64,000 bases of DNA from an uncultured bacterium. GTDB taxonomy: Bacteria > Eisenbacteria > RBG-16-71-46 > CAIMUX01. The notes under the pieces were generated by a model, which was given only the letters and a program-made list of their open reading frames with translations, was not told the origin of the DNA and ran no database searches. A program made the translations under genes and the position numbers. The stretch covers positions 19,060 through 83,059 of the forward strand of contig CAZVYN010000003.1 in assembly GCA_964631125.1 (NCBI GenBank). The letters run 5' to 3'. Shown here piece after piece: positions 23,633 to 33,938 of the stretch (position 1 is the first letter of the stretch; every line of letters begins with the position of its first letter).

Positions 23633-24412
23633 GTGCAACAGCTCGCGCGGTTCTCCGGCGCGCTCTGGACGGCGTTGCTCGTCCTGGCGGCGCCTCCGCA
23701 ATGCGCCGCCTGCGGCGTGCGCGTGCCGGTGCGCGGCGGCTGTTGTCGGCGCTGTCGCCTGCGCGTCGGCCGCGAGCAACGGCGTTGGCGTCACGAACGT
23801 CTCGGCCTCTGGCTGACGCCCGCCGGCGCCCGCCGCAGCGAGGGACCGAGTCCGCCGGAGGGCGCCATCCCGGTCGTGACGGCCGGCGTCCACCGCGGCG
23901 TCTGGGCTCGCCTCGTCCAGCTCTACAAGGCCGAGGATGTCCGCGAAGTCTCGCGCCGTCTGGAGAGTCGGCTCCTGCGCGCCGTCTCTCGGGCGCGCCG
24001 CGCCGACGGGGTGGTCTTCGTGCCGGTCCCGATGGCGCCGGTGAGGCGGCGAGAGAAGGGGACCCATCCGGCCGAACGCTTGGCGCGTGCGCTGAGTCAT
24101 GGCGGCCGTGGGGCGGCCTGGGCGCCGATGCTCCGTCGCGTCCGCTACCGACGACCGTTGCGCGGGCTTTCTGCGGAGGCCCGTCGTGAGGAAATTGGCG
24201 GGGCGATCGCGTTCGCGCCTGGCTCTGCCGCCTTCCTCGATCGTGATCTCGTCTTGGTCGACGACGTCGTGACGACCGGCGCCACGCTCGGCGAGTGCCG
24301 GCGCGCGCTGGAGGCGGCCGGCGGGCGAGTCGTGGCCGTCGCGGCGCTCGGCGCCACGCCCCGCCGGGCCCGGAGCGGTCGAGCCGTCGAGCCGCAACCC
24401 GCCAAGCTGTAA
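23633..24412 (+). CDS. comF: ComF-family phosphoribosyltransferase-like protein
   Basis: N-terminal CxxC...CxxC, VPVP, LVLVDDVVTTGATL. Confidence 0.85.
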   Translation: MQQLARFSGALWTALLVLAAPPQCAACGVRVPVRGGCCRRCRLRVGREQRRWRHERLGLWLTPAGARRSEGPSPPEGAIPVVTAGVHRGVWARLVQLYKAEDVREVSRRLESRLLRAVSRARRADGVVFVPVPMAPVRRREKGTHPAERLARALSHGGRGAAWAPMLRRVRYRRPLRGLSAEARREEIGGAIAFAPGSAAFLDRDLVLVDDVVTTGATLGECRRALEAAGGRVVAVAALGATPRRARSGRAVEPQPAKL

Positions 24413-24490
24413 CTCGCTGAGTTGGGCCCTGTGATACTGTGCCGGTCGGTCAGGACGCCGCACCGCCAGTTCCGACGAGGAGGGCTCTGT

Positions 24491-26029
24491 TTGTTCCGCG
24501 AGATCGTCATCAATGCAGACCCGAACGAAACCAGGATCGCCGTCTTGGAGGACGCCCGCCTGGTCGAACTCTTCGTCGAACGCGCCGACGAACGCCGCCT
24601 GGTCGGCGACATCTACAAGGGTGAGGTGAACGCGGTCCTCCCCGGGATCCAAGCCGCCTTCGTCGAGATCGGGCTCGCCAAGACCGCGTTCCTCCATGTC
24701 TCGGATCTGCTGGAGTCGATGGTCGACTTCGAGATGTTCGACATCGACGACAACGAGGCGCCGCGCCCTTCCTCCTCGCACCATCGCGAGGAGTTGAACA
24801 TCCAAGACCACCTGAAGAAGGGCCAAGAGGTCATCGTCCAGGTGATCAAGGAGCCGATCGGGACGAAGGGTCCGAAGGTCTCCGGCCGACTCTCACTCCC
24901 GGGTCGCTTCCTCGTGCTCATGCCGGGGATGAACCACATCGGCGTCTCGCGCAAGATCATCGACCGCGACGAACGGCAACGCCTCAAGGGATACCTGCAG
25001 GAGCTGAAGCCGAATCACGCCGGGCTCATCTGCCGCACCGCGGCGGAAGGACGCACGCGCAAGGAAGTCGAAGACGACGTCGAATACCTGGTCGATCTCT
25101 GGAAGCAGATCGAGGAGGCGTCCGCTTCGGTCGTGGCGCCGGCCCTGGTCCACCGTGAGATGGAGATGACGACCGGCCTCATCCGCGACGTGTTCAATGA
25201 TGAGGTCGACCGGCTGGTCATCGACGACAAAGACTCCTACCAGCGCATCGTGACCTATCTGAAGTCGTACGCACCCGAACTCAAGAGCCGCATCAAGCTC
25301 TACAGAGGCGACGGGCCGATCTTCGACGAGTACGGCATCGAATCCGAGATCGAGAAGTCGCTCGAACGCAAAGTCTGGTTGAAGAAGGGCGGCTATCTCG
25401 TCATCGACCAGACCGAGGCGATGGTCGCGATCGACGTCAACACCGGCCGGTTCACCGGTAAGAAGAACCAAGAAGAGACGATCCTGAAGACGAACCTGGA
25501 GGCGGCCGAGGAGGTCGCGCGCCAGCTCCGTCTCCGTGATCTCGGCGGCATTGTCGTCGTCGACTTCATCGACATGGAGTCGGAGTCGTCCAAGAAGCAG
25601 CTAGCGGAACTGCTGCGCTCCGCGCTCCGTCGCGACCGCGCCCGCACCAAGGTCCACGCGGTGAGTGAGCTCGGCCTGATCGAGATGACGCGCCAGCGCG
25701 AGCGCGAGAGCCTGTTTCACTATTTCAGCGAGAACTGCGCCACCTGCGGCGGCACCGGCAAGGTCCTCTCGATGAACTCGGTCTCGATGAAGGTCGATCG
25801 CTTCTTGCTCCGCGTCGGCGCCAGGTCGAAGGAGAAGCAGGTCATGCTCCGGGTGCACCCGGACGTCGCCACGCACCTCTTCGACTCGAGATCCGCCCGC
25901 CTCGAAGAGCTGGAAAAGCGCCACGGCTTCCGCATCGACATCCGCGAAGATCCGCGTATGCGCCGCGATGACATCCGCATCTTCTTCCCGCGCCTGCAGA
26001 AGGACGTGACCGAGGAGTTCGGGACGTAG
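24491..26029 (+). CDS. rng: Rne/Rng family ribonuclease
   Basis: GAGGAGG SD before TTG; GDIYKG, PGIQAAFV, QVIKEPIGTKGP, IDVNTG, QLRLRDLGGIVVVDFIDM, EMTRQR, CxxC. Confidence 0.95.
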   Translation: MFREIVINADPNETRIAVLEDARLVELFVERADERRLVGDIYKGEVNAVLPGIQAAFVEIGLAKTAFLHVSDLLESMVDFEMFDIDDNEAPRPSSSHHREELNIQDHLKKGQEVIVQVIKEPIGTKGPKVSGRLSLPGRFLVLMPGMNHIGVSRKIIDRDERQRLKGYLQELKPNHAGLICRTAAEGRTRKEVEDDVEYLVDLWKQIEEASASVVAPALVHREMEMTTGLIRDVFNDEVDRLVIDDKDSYQRIVTYLKSYAPELKSRIKLYRGDGPIFDEYGIESEIEKSLERKVWLKKGGYLVIDQTEAMVAIDVNTGRFTGKKNQEETILKTNLEAAEEVARQLRLRDLGGIVVVDFIDMESESSKKQLAELLRSALRRDRARTKVHAVSELGLIEMTRQRERESLFHYFSENCATCGGTGKVLSMNSVSMKVDRFLLRVGARSKEKQVMLRVHPDVATHLFDSRSARLEELEKRHGFRIDIREDPRMRRDDIRIFFPRLQKDVTEEFGT

Positions 26030-26067
26030 GTTCGGACTCCAGCTCCCGGCTGGGTGGGGGATCGGAC

Positions 26068-26577
26068 GTGGTTGAATCGCTCACGCGCGTTTGGATCCGA
26101 CGAGTCCGCCGAGACGACTTCGAGTGGCTCCACGATCTGTGGCGCGCCCGTGAAGTCCGCCGCTACCTCTTCGACGACGTCGAGATCTCGGTCGACGACG
26201 CCAGCGACATGTTCGACCAAGGAATGGCGCACGCCGCACTCTGGGGCGGCGGCTTCTGGGCCATCCTCGAACTCGGCGGCGGCCCCGCCATCGGCTTCGT
26301 CGGGCTCTGGCGCAAGACGAACGACGAAGCCCCCGAGCTCATCTTCGGCCTCGCCCCCACGCACTGGGGGAGAGGCTACGCCTCCGAAGCCGCGCGCCGC
26401 GTCATCCACTTCGCCTTCAACGAACTCCGCGCCGACCGGCTCCGCGCCTCGACGGATCCCCCGAACTCAGCCTCCCGCCGTCTCCTGGAGCGCCTCGGCA
26501 TGCGGCTCGTTCCCCCGGTCGAGCATTCCGCGCCTTCGCTCCTCAATTTCGAGATCACGCGAGAGGAATGGGGTTGA
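26068..26577 (+). CDS. GNAT N-acetyltransferase (RimJ/RimL-like)
   Basis: IGFVGL, HWGRGYASEAA, NSASRRLLERLGM. Confidence 0.85.
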   Translation: MVESLTRVWIRRVRRDDFEWLHDLWRAREVRRYLFDDVEISVDDASDMFDQGMAHAALWGGGFWAILELGGGPAIGFVGLWRKTNDEAPELIFGLAPTHWGRGYASEAARRVIHFAFNELRADRLRASTDPPNSASRRLLERLGMRLVPPVEHSAPSLLNFEITREEWG

Positions 26578-26911
26578 TGCCGAGTTCGCATCCAGAACTT
26601 TCCGGAAAGAAGTGCGACAGAGAAAATTCTCCGGATTGACGAACCGAGAACGCGTGCCCAGACTCTTCCCAGGCGAGGAAGTCCATGTGCGCTTTGCGCA
26701 CGAGTTCGACACCCACCGTGCGTCGCACGGTCGCGAACTTGAGCACGAGGATCATGGCCCGGAAGGCCACCAGCCACTCCGAGCCGACCGCAGAGCCGAG
26801 CAGATATTCGGTTTCAAAGTCCGAATCGGGGGCTGGGCCCGTCGGCGGCAGGGAGCACGGAGTTCCGATGCTCAAGCCACTCGCGTCGTTGCGACGCCGA
26901 GGAGGTTCCAG

Positions 26912-29186
26912 ATGATGACCGAGACCCACGCCGGTATGTCCCGGCGATCCGTACGCGCAGCACGCACCGGGCAGAACTGCTGCCACGCGTCCCGCCTGCT
27001 TGGCGGTAGCCTACAAGTCCTTTCCTCCCTCAGCCTTCTTTTTTCTCTCTTTCTCTCTTTCTCTCTTTCTCTCTGTGCAGCTTCCACGACGCGGTCGCGA
27101 CCGAGCCCGTGACCCTCTCGATTCGCTTTTTGCCCGAAGCGATCTCCTTCGGTGAGATCGACGGCGGCATTGGCGATGCCTTCGTCGCGGAACTGAGCGA
27201 CGCGATCATCCCGAACGAACTCCTCGAGCAAGCGCTCGAAGCCGCTGGAGTAACCGAGTTCCGCCCCGTCGCCCCTCACTTCCGCCACCTACCCGAAACC
27301 ACGTACGACCACCTCGGGAACGTCGTAGAACTGGTCGATCAAACCGACGACTACCATGTCGTCGTCATCTCCGAGACCGACCCCGAGGAGATCGTCGAGA
27401 CCTTCCGTGCCACTCCAGGCATCGGTTGGGTCGCCGTCACTCCTGCCTCGTCGTTCTACTTCACCCCCGACGACGATTACTACCCAGACCAGTGGTACCT
27501 GCATAACTACACTTCGTCGTATCCAATCGACGGGGCTTGCGGCGACAACACCGGATGCGTGACAGACTACGATATCAACGCTCCCGAAGCGTGGGATCTC
27601 ATCGACGCTCCAGGAACGAAGATCGGGCTCCTCGACACGGGCGTGCGGGACTCGCACGAGGATCTAGATGGCAGTGTAGACATCACGCTCTCCGACTCTG
27701 GCGATCCGTGTGGCCATGGGACCGCACTATCGGGAGTGATGGTTGCGGGGGGCGACAATACGACGGGAATTGCGGGCGTAGCTCGTCCCGATGGCGGCAC
27801 CTCCAGTAACATGCTTGTCGTCCTGGATATAGACACTGGCGGTTTTGCCCCGAATGCAACCGCGGCCGCAACCGCGCTTTCTACCCTCGCGAATGACCCC
27901 GCCTACTATCCCGACGTTCTGGTGGTCAACGAGAGCTGGGGGAGCTGGCTGCAGAAATGGAATTACGATGTGACGCAGCGGGACACCCACCGCAATGCAT
28001 ACGTCAAGGGGCTGACGCTGGTCGTAGCTGCAGGCAACGCCGTATCGTGCTTTGGTGCACTCGACAGCTGCCTCTCCTACCCGGCAGCGTTCAACAACTT
28101 CGCAATTGCGGCGTCGGGTTATGACTGCGAGGGAGACCCGACATTCGTTGCTCGGAGCTACAACGATCTCGCGGCACCTTCCGACATGCTCGTCACGACC
28201 GACTCCTCGGCTGACGATGCATATCAAGGAGAGAACTCTATCGACGCGAACTGCGGCACGTCATTCTCCGCGCCCATTGTGGCGGCTTCCGCCGCAATGT
28301 TGCTTGCCGCCGAGCCGGCTCTAGAGACAGACGACATCGCCGGTGTACTGAAGAGAACTGCGACGGATAGAGGAGCAGGAGGTCGTGACGACACGTAAGG
28401 CTATGGACAGCTCCGCTCGACGAGGCGATCGAGTACGTGTCAAGTCCGAACGCTGTGCATCACGACACGGAGACGAGCTACTCGGGAACATACTTGGAGA
28501 GTCGAGAGCAAGAGTTCCGACGGGTTCCCAGCGTAAATGGAAACAATGACAATTGGGAAACCTTCTGGGTGAAGGTGTATCAGGTGGACGTAACCGTCAC
28601 CTGGAGTCTCCCCGGCGGCCACTCTATCGTCGATGCTTGGCCTCGGAAGCGATTGACCACGGGATTTCCGGACGAGGACAAAATCGACGCCCGCTTCCTT
28701 ACGGGATACGCCGAGATCGTGCCAAATACGATCGACGACTACGGATGCACTCTCCGGACTTACACCTACAAGATCTACGAAGATGACTCCGAGACAACGT
28801 GCATTGCATGGTATCCGATCGGTGTTTCTGGAGCGGGCACCTGCGGGTCGGGCTTCGCTCTTAGCCCGAAATTCGACTACACGTATGTCTCCTCGAGCGC
28901 AATGACCCCGCCTCCGACTCCCCGCCTGTCTTCGCTTTCGTCGACAGCGCTAGGGAACGGCCGAGTCTCAATCCTCGCGTCTGGAGCTACTGACGGCATT
29001 CGGAGCCTCGAGGTGCTCGACGTCGCTGGTCGCCTGGTCGCGCGGCGGCAGGACATTCAGCCAGATCAATGGCCGATCGAAGTCGATCTTGGAGGAGCCG
29101 GAGTGTCGGCGTCAGGAATCTACTTCGCTCGAGCGTTGGGTGAGCACGGCCAAATTGCCGCGACGAAGCTTTTGACGGTTCGCTGA
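26912..29186 (+). pseudogene. disrupted secreted S8 (subtilisin-like) protease with C-terminal T9SS-like domain
   Basis: GGAGG SD and ATG 26912; signal peptide out of frame at a repeat; triad LLDTG / GHGT / GTSFSAP in 27109..28398; TAA and a 1-nt frameshift near 28396-28417; continuation 28437..29186 ends DVAGRLV...SGIYF...KLLTVR. Confidence 0.75.
27042..27073 (+). repeat. octamer simple sequence repeat (TTTCTCTC)x4
   Basis: Four exact copies at 27042, 27050, 27058 and 27066, preceded by a T run. Confidence 0.95.
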
Positions 29187-29254
29187 AAGGTTCGATCGGC
29201 GAGGGCGCCCCGGTGGCGCCCTCGCCTGAACAGTCTCACAGACGAGGACGAGTT

Positions 29255-30673
29255 ATGTTTGGCGCACGACCTCCGAAATCGGGCTTCCGGAACATGTTCC
29301 TCGCGGGTGTTGGTTTGGCTATCGGAGGCCTGACCTACCCTCGAGTTTCGCATGCCAGCGATCTCGACAGTCTCTCGCTTCCGATAGGGAGCGTCTACAT
29401 CCGCGCGATGGACATCGGGATCGATGCAATTGTCGCGGCGACGGGAGACGCCACCGAGCAGCCGACGGGCTTGTATCGTACTTCTCTGGATCTGGCTGCA
29501 GGCTGGGAGCCCCTTGGATTTGAGGACCGATTCATCGCATCCGTACAGGTTTTCGGCTCGCAGGATGAAGGGGTCGTCGTGGTAGCCGGGAACCCCCCGG
29601 AAATCCTGCTGTCCACGGACGGGGGCCAGAGCTGGGACTCGAAGGCCATCGGCAACTCCCAGTTTTTCTTCTGGCATGTTCGTCTCCATCGCGATAGGCC
29701 GGAGGTGTGGTACGCGAGCTACAAGGACAATGCTCTGAACCGGGCTGGGATGATGACCTCTACTGACTACGGTGAGACCTGGTCCACGTTTACAGTGTGC
29801 GTCGGCTGCGCGACGTCTGGATTCCTTGCGACGGAGATTGCGAATACCGATCCGACGCGCGCCGTGGGGGCGCACTTCTCGGGCTTTTTCGAGTCGTCGC
29901 TGTACCGAACGACGGACACGGGCGGCTCGTGGTCCCTCAATCAGTCGCACCCGTACAACAGCGTCGCTCCGATCGATCTGACGTATGAGGAGTTTCCGTC
30001 TTCGCGAACTGTTCAGGTTGGCTCGCGGTGGTACTTGGTTTGGGAGAACTGGGTTTTCCAGGGATTCTTCTGGGTGGACAACAACTACGGGGACATCGGC
30101 ATGGAGACGCCGCGCTGGGACCCGGGGGCGATGTACCTAGCATGGTCCACAGCGGGCACGAACCAACCTATGGGCGGGGACTTGCGGGTGCAGCGGACAC
30201 TAGACCCGACTGTCGATGACCCTTGGGACGAAGTCGTGGGACTGGAGGACGGCACGTTTGCTTCACCCAACAACGACACTCACCGCTGGCGGTTCGAAGC
30301 CGCACCCGAGGCGCCAGTTTTCATTCTGTCGGCGCCGAACCATCCGATGTACCGCATCGATGTCGGTGGGACTGTCGGCGTGGACGATCAGGAGCAGAAC
30401 CTCAGCCTGATCGACGCGCCTTGGACGGTGCTCGGTTCGCCAGGCGCCGATCCCATCCTTCGCTTCGAAGCCGGCCCGAGACGAGAAGTCGGGCTGCAGG
30501 TTGTCGACGTATCAGGGGCGGAAGTGGCGCGTCGGTTGGTGACCCTGGGCGGGGCAGGCTCGCCTCTCCAAGTCCGTGATCTGGTCGGCGGCCGCTCTGG
30601 GGTCTACTGGATCCGGGCGGTTGGCGGCGGGCAGCGCTCCGTGGCGGCGACCAAGGTGCACGTCATTCGGTAG
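29255..30673 (+). CDS. secreted beta-propeller (BNR/Asp-box repeat) protein with degenerate T9SS-like C-terminal domain
   Basis: Signal peptide ending SHA; STDGGQSW, STDYGETW, TTDTGGSW repeats; DVSGAEV...SGVYWIRA...KVHVIR. Confidence 0.75.
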   Translation: MFGARPPKSGFRNMFLAGVGLAIGGLTYPRVSHASDLDSLSLPIGSVYIRAMDIGIDAIVAATGDATEQPTGLYRTSLDLAAGWEPLGFEDRFIASVQVFGSQDEGVVVVAGNPPEILLSTDGGQSWDSKAIGNSQFFFWHVRLHRDRPEVWYASYKDNALNRAGMMTSTDYGETWSTFTVCVGCATSGFLATEIANTDPTRAVGAHFSGFFESSLYRTTDTGGSWSLNQSHPYNSVAPIDLTYEEFPSSRTVQVGSRWYLVWENWVFQGFFWVDNNYGDIGMETPRWDPGAMYLAWSTAGTNQPMGGDLRVQRTLDPTVDDPWDEVVGLEDGTFASPNNDTHRWRFEAAPEAPVFILSAPNHPMYRIDVGGTVGVDDQEQNLSLIDAPWTVLGSPGADPILRFEAGPRREVGLQVVDVSGAEVARRLVTLGGAGSPLQVRDLVGGRSGVYWIRAVGGGQRSVAATKVHVIR

Positions 30674-30944
30674 CACAGCCGACAGCAATCGCGAGCCATG
30701 GGACTGGATTTCGCGATCGCTGGCACGATCGACGCTTCTTCCGCGAGAGTGTCGACGCTCGCGCGACGGTGGTTGGGCGCGCAGCGCGGTCGTTGCGCTC
30801 TGGCGTAACGGCGCGCATCGGGTTGCGGCGGGTTCTAGAGCTTCCACGGGCTCAGCCGATTGGCAATACTGCCCGACCATGACACGGGAGAGACAACGAC
30901 GCGCGGACTCTAGAGACCGGTCGAGGTCCTCGACGGAGGAGCCA

Positions 30945-32267
30945 GTGATCCCGCCCCCGATGCTGACGGTTGTCGATCTGTTCGCGGGTGCGGGTGGGAT
31001 CTCCGAGGGATTTCGTCAGGCTGGATTCTCGATCCTCGCCGGCTTGGACCATGATCCCGACGCGGCGGCGACGTACGCCGCCAATTTCCCCGAGGCGACA
31101 GTCATCCTCGGCGACCTTCGGGCGCCCGCCGTGAGGGAACGCGTTCTGGCGGCGGCAAGGTCGGCGACGGTGCTAGTCGGCGGACCCCCGTGTCAGGCCT
31201 TCTCCCAGATGCGAAACCACACGCGGATGATCAGCGACCCGCGAAACGTACTGTATCGAGAGTTCGCGCGGGTTCTGGCCGACTCGATGCCGCAGGCGTT
31301 TGTGATGGAGAACGTCACCGGGATCGATCAGATGGGAGCCCGCGAACAGATCGCGGACGACCTCGGCCTCGATGGGGAGTACACCGTCGTCCCGCAGGTT
31401 GTCGACGCGGCCGATTTTGGGGTGCCGCAAACACGGCGGCGGTTGCTGTTCGTAGGATTGCGCAGCACGCTCGGCGCAGCTGTGCCGATCCTTCGCGGCA
31501 CCGGAGCGATCGAGGCCGTGGCGTTGGTCCGTTCCTCTGGTCCTGGTGGGCCGAGGTATCAGATCGAGGTGCAGGAGAATCTCTTGAACGCGGGAATCGC
31601 CGACGCCCTCGAGGACTCGGAGAACCTGGCGGTGGTGTCCGTCGCTGACGCGATCTCCGACCTGACCGAACTTCCAGCCGGCAACCGAGCTGATGTCGTC
31701 CCTTACGCGCAAGTGGCGGTCGCCAGGTCGGCGTACCAGCGCCAAATGCGGTCGGGGGCAGGGTACGAACTGACCAACGTGCAAGTCCCACGCATCAACG
31801 CGGACACGAGACTTCGGCTGGACGGGATCCCGAATGGTGGAAACCATCGCGATCTATCGGATGCGCTCCTCGAAGGCTACATCACGGGTCAGAAGTGGGG
31901 TCAAGAAAACGGGACGGGTCGACTCTCGCGTCGACACTTCTACGCTTATCGCCGACTTCATCCGGCCGTCTGGGCTTGGACGCTGAACACGAAAGGGGAT
32001 TCGGTTTACCACTACCAATATCCTCGCGCCCTCTCGGTCCGGGAATTCGCTCGACTCCAGTCCTTCCCGGATCGCTTTCGTTTCACGACCGATACTCGCT
32101 CGGGAGCACTCGACGGCCGCCACGAAGGCGGCCCGGCGCATTCTCGCTATCGGCAGGTGGGTAACGCGGTCCCACCCCTCTTGGCGCGCGCAGTCGCCAC
32201 CGCACTCCTGGCGGAGTTCACTGCGCTCCGTCGGCGCGACGCGACGGCCGCAACCCTGGTCTCGTGA
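30945..32267 (+). CDS. DNA (cytosine-5)-methyltransferase
   Basis: DLFAGAGG (I), GGPPCQAFS (IV), ENV (VI), QTRRR (VIII), SVREFARLQSFPD (IX), YRQVGNAVPP (X); start GTG 30945 or ATG 30960. Confidence 0.95.
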   Translation: MIPPPMLTVVDLFAGAGGISEGFRQAGFSILAGLDHDPDAAATYAANFPEATVILGDLRAPAVRERVLAAARSATVLVGGPPCQAFSQMRNHTRMISDPRNVLYREFARVLADSMPQAFVMENVTGIDQMGAREQIADDLGLDGEYTVVPQVVDAADFGVPQTRRRLLFVGLRSTLGAAVPILRGTGAIEAVALVRSSGPGGPRYQIEVQENLLNAGIADALEDSENLAVVSVADAISDLTELPAGNRADVVPYAQVAVARSAYQRQMRSGAGYELTNVQVPRINADTRLRLDGIPNGGNHRDLSDALLEGYITGQKWGQENGTGRLSRRHFYAYRRLHPAVWAWTLNTKGDSVYHYQYPRALSVREFARLQSFPDRFRFTTDTRSGALDGRHEGGPAHSRYRQVGNAVPPLLARAVATALLAEFTALRRRDATAATLVS

Positions 32268-33349
32268 GCGGCTCGTCGGAGCAGCCGGCAGGAAGTAATT
32301 CCTCTGACGAGGTGGTGACGACAGCGTTCGGCCAGAAGAACCGCCTCCGCCTGATCAACCAGTACTTCGGATCGTCCTGGGGCGCCGCGACCGACGTGGC
32401 GTCGGCCTGGTCGCACATCTATCGAATGCTCTTGTGGACTGACCAGACAACCGGCCTCGCCCACTGCTACGAGAGCGACAAGAGTCAGCCCGGAAAGCCA
32501 TGGTACGGTCGTTCACTTGCGTTCCATGCTTGGCTTGCTGAAGCGTTCGCTGTGACGCCGTCGCAGGTCGCTGAACACATCGACTGGATGTTCCAGCGGG
32601 CAGCGACCGAATTGGCGGCTGCGGTCGTGAAGAAGCAGGGGGCGCTCCAACTCACCGCGATGAAGCAACGTCACCGGTACGAGGGAAGGGCCTTCCCGAG
32701 TCCAGGAGACGATCCCGAACTCGTCTCGATCGTGAGACAGGTGTTGGGCGACCACCTCGACTCAGAGCCGACCAGCGACGAATGGCGACTGCTCGTCCAA
32801 CGAATTCGCCAGTACCTCACGCTGGACAACAAGCGCAAGAATCTCCTGGGAGAGGGGTTCGAGGATGTGCTCGGAGCGACCATCCGACGCTCGTGTCCAG
32901 ACGCTCGCTTTGTTGTCAGCACGCGCAACGTGCTCCACGACATCCCAGGATTAGGACGCAACCGACGCGGTGAGAAGGTCAACAAGGTCGACCTCTCGAT
33001 CGTGCGCCCGTCGATGCGGACTCTTGTGACTGCCAAATGGAGCGTCCGCGCGGATCGCGAGAAACAGTTCGCCTCGGACTTCGGCGCCTACGTCAACGCC
33101 GAGTCGGACGGGAAGCCCTTCGAGTATGTGTTCGTGACGAACGAGTTCGACCCCGCTCGCCTCATGCGCGCGTGCGAAAAGTTGGCAGTCAACGCCCCGA
33201 TGTTCACGACTGTCGTCCACATCAGCACCGATGCACTTCGCGCCACGTATGGCGACGGACGCGAGGAATCGATGCGCAAGGTTATCGACCATGTCGACGC
33301 AGGGCGTTTGGTCAGTCTCGACCGTTGGCTGACGACCCTCTCCTCATGA
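32264..33349 (+). CDS. putative type II restriction endonuclease (PD-(D/E)xK-like)
   Basis: GTGA overlap with the methyltransferase; LGEGFED, KVDLSIV, TAKWSVRADREKQ, VFVTNEFDPARL. Confidence 0.65.
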   Translation: MSGSSEQPAGSNSSDEVVTTAFGQKNRLRLINQYFGSSWGAATDVASAWSHIYRMLLWTDQTTGLAHCYESDKSQPGKPWYGRSLAFHAWLAEAFAVTPSQVAEHIDWMFQRAATELAAAVVKKQGALQLTAMKQRHRYEGRAFPSPGDDPELVSIVRQVLGDHLDSEPTSDEWRLLVQRIRQYLTLDNKRKNLLGEGFEDVLGATIRRSCPDARFVVSTRNVLHDIPGLGRNRRGEKVNKVDLSIVRPSMRTLVTAKWSVRADREKQFASDFGAYVNAESDGKPFEYVFVTNEFDPARLMRACEKLAVNAPMFTTVVHISTDALRATYGDGREESMRKVIDHVDAGRLVSLDRWLTTLSS

Positions 33350-33473
33350 CGAGCGGACGGTCAGGTTACCGTTCCCCTCCAGTGCAGGCGGCGCCTCGAC
33401 CGAGCGGGACCGATTCGTGCGCCGCTACCCTGAGCCGAGGGAGGACGCACCGATCCCAGCCGCAAATCGAACC

Positions 33474-33503
33474 TTGACCCTCTCCTGGGGCCGCCGATAG
33501 AGT
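33474..33503 (+). promoter_or_regulatory. possible sigma70 promoter for rplU-rpmA
   Basis: TTGACC-N18-TAGAGT ending 46 nt upstream of rplU. Confidence 0.45.
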
Positions 33504-33549
33504 GCCGACTTCGTCATCGAGCCAGACCTGTTCGTATCGGAGGAAGCGC

Positions 33550-33861
33550 GTGTTCGCGATCGTCGAGTGCAAGGGATTCCAGTATCACGTCAGCCCGAAC
33601 GAGCTGGTGAAGGTGCCGCTCCTGGCGGAAGAGCCGGGAAGCGCGTATGTCCTCGACCACGTTTTGCTCGTGGCGGACGGCGCGGCGACCCGAGTCGGCA
33701 CGCCGACGGTAGCCGGCGCGACGGTCACGGCCTCGATCGTCCGACATGGACGGGCCGACAAGATCGTCGTGGGCAAGTTCAAGAAGCGGAAAGACTACCG
33801 TCGCCGCAAGGGGCATCGGCAGTACTTCACCGAGCTCCGGATCGACGCGATCCTGGGTTAG
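33550..33861 (+). CDS. rplU: 50S ribosomal protein L21
   Basis: [38 protein letters not shown]. Confidence 0.96.
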   Translation: MFAIVECKGFQYHVSPNELVKVPLLAEEPGSAYVLDHVLLVADGAATRVGTPTVAGATVTASIVRHGRADKIVVGKFKKRKDYRRRKGHRQYFTELRIDAILG

Positions 33862-33938
33862 ACCGGGGGCCCGAGGCGGTTCGGGTTCTGAGTTCTTCCG
33901 CACAGACTAATTCCTTCCAGACAGGGAGTGATCGCGAG

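Noticed and set aside
26054..27112. 352-aa ORF overlapping the GNAT gene
   Set aside because: Mostly an alternative frame of the GNAT gene plus intergenic DNA; only its last 66 codons (from ATG 26912) look real, as the subtilase leader
30721..30736. Sigma54-like TGGCACG-N-GC site upstream of the methyltransferase
   Set aside because: GG-N10-GC spacing fits, but the -12 element is ACGC rather than TTGC and it lies >200 nt upstream; likely chance
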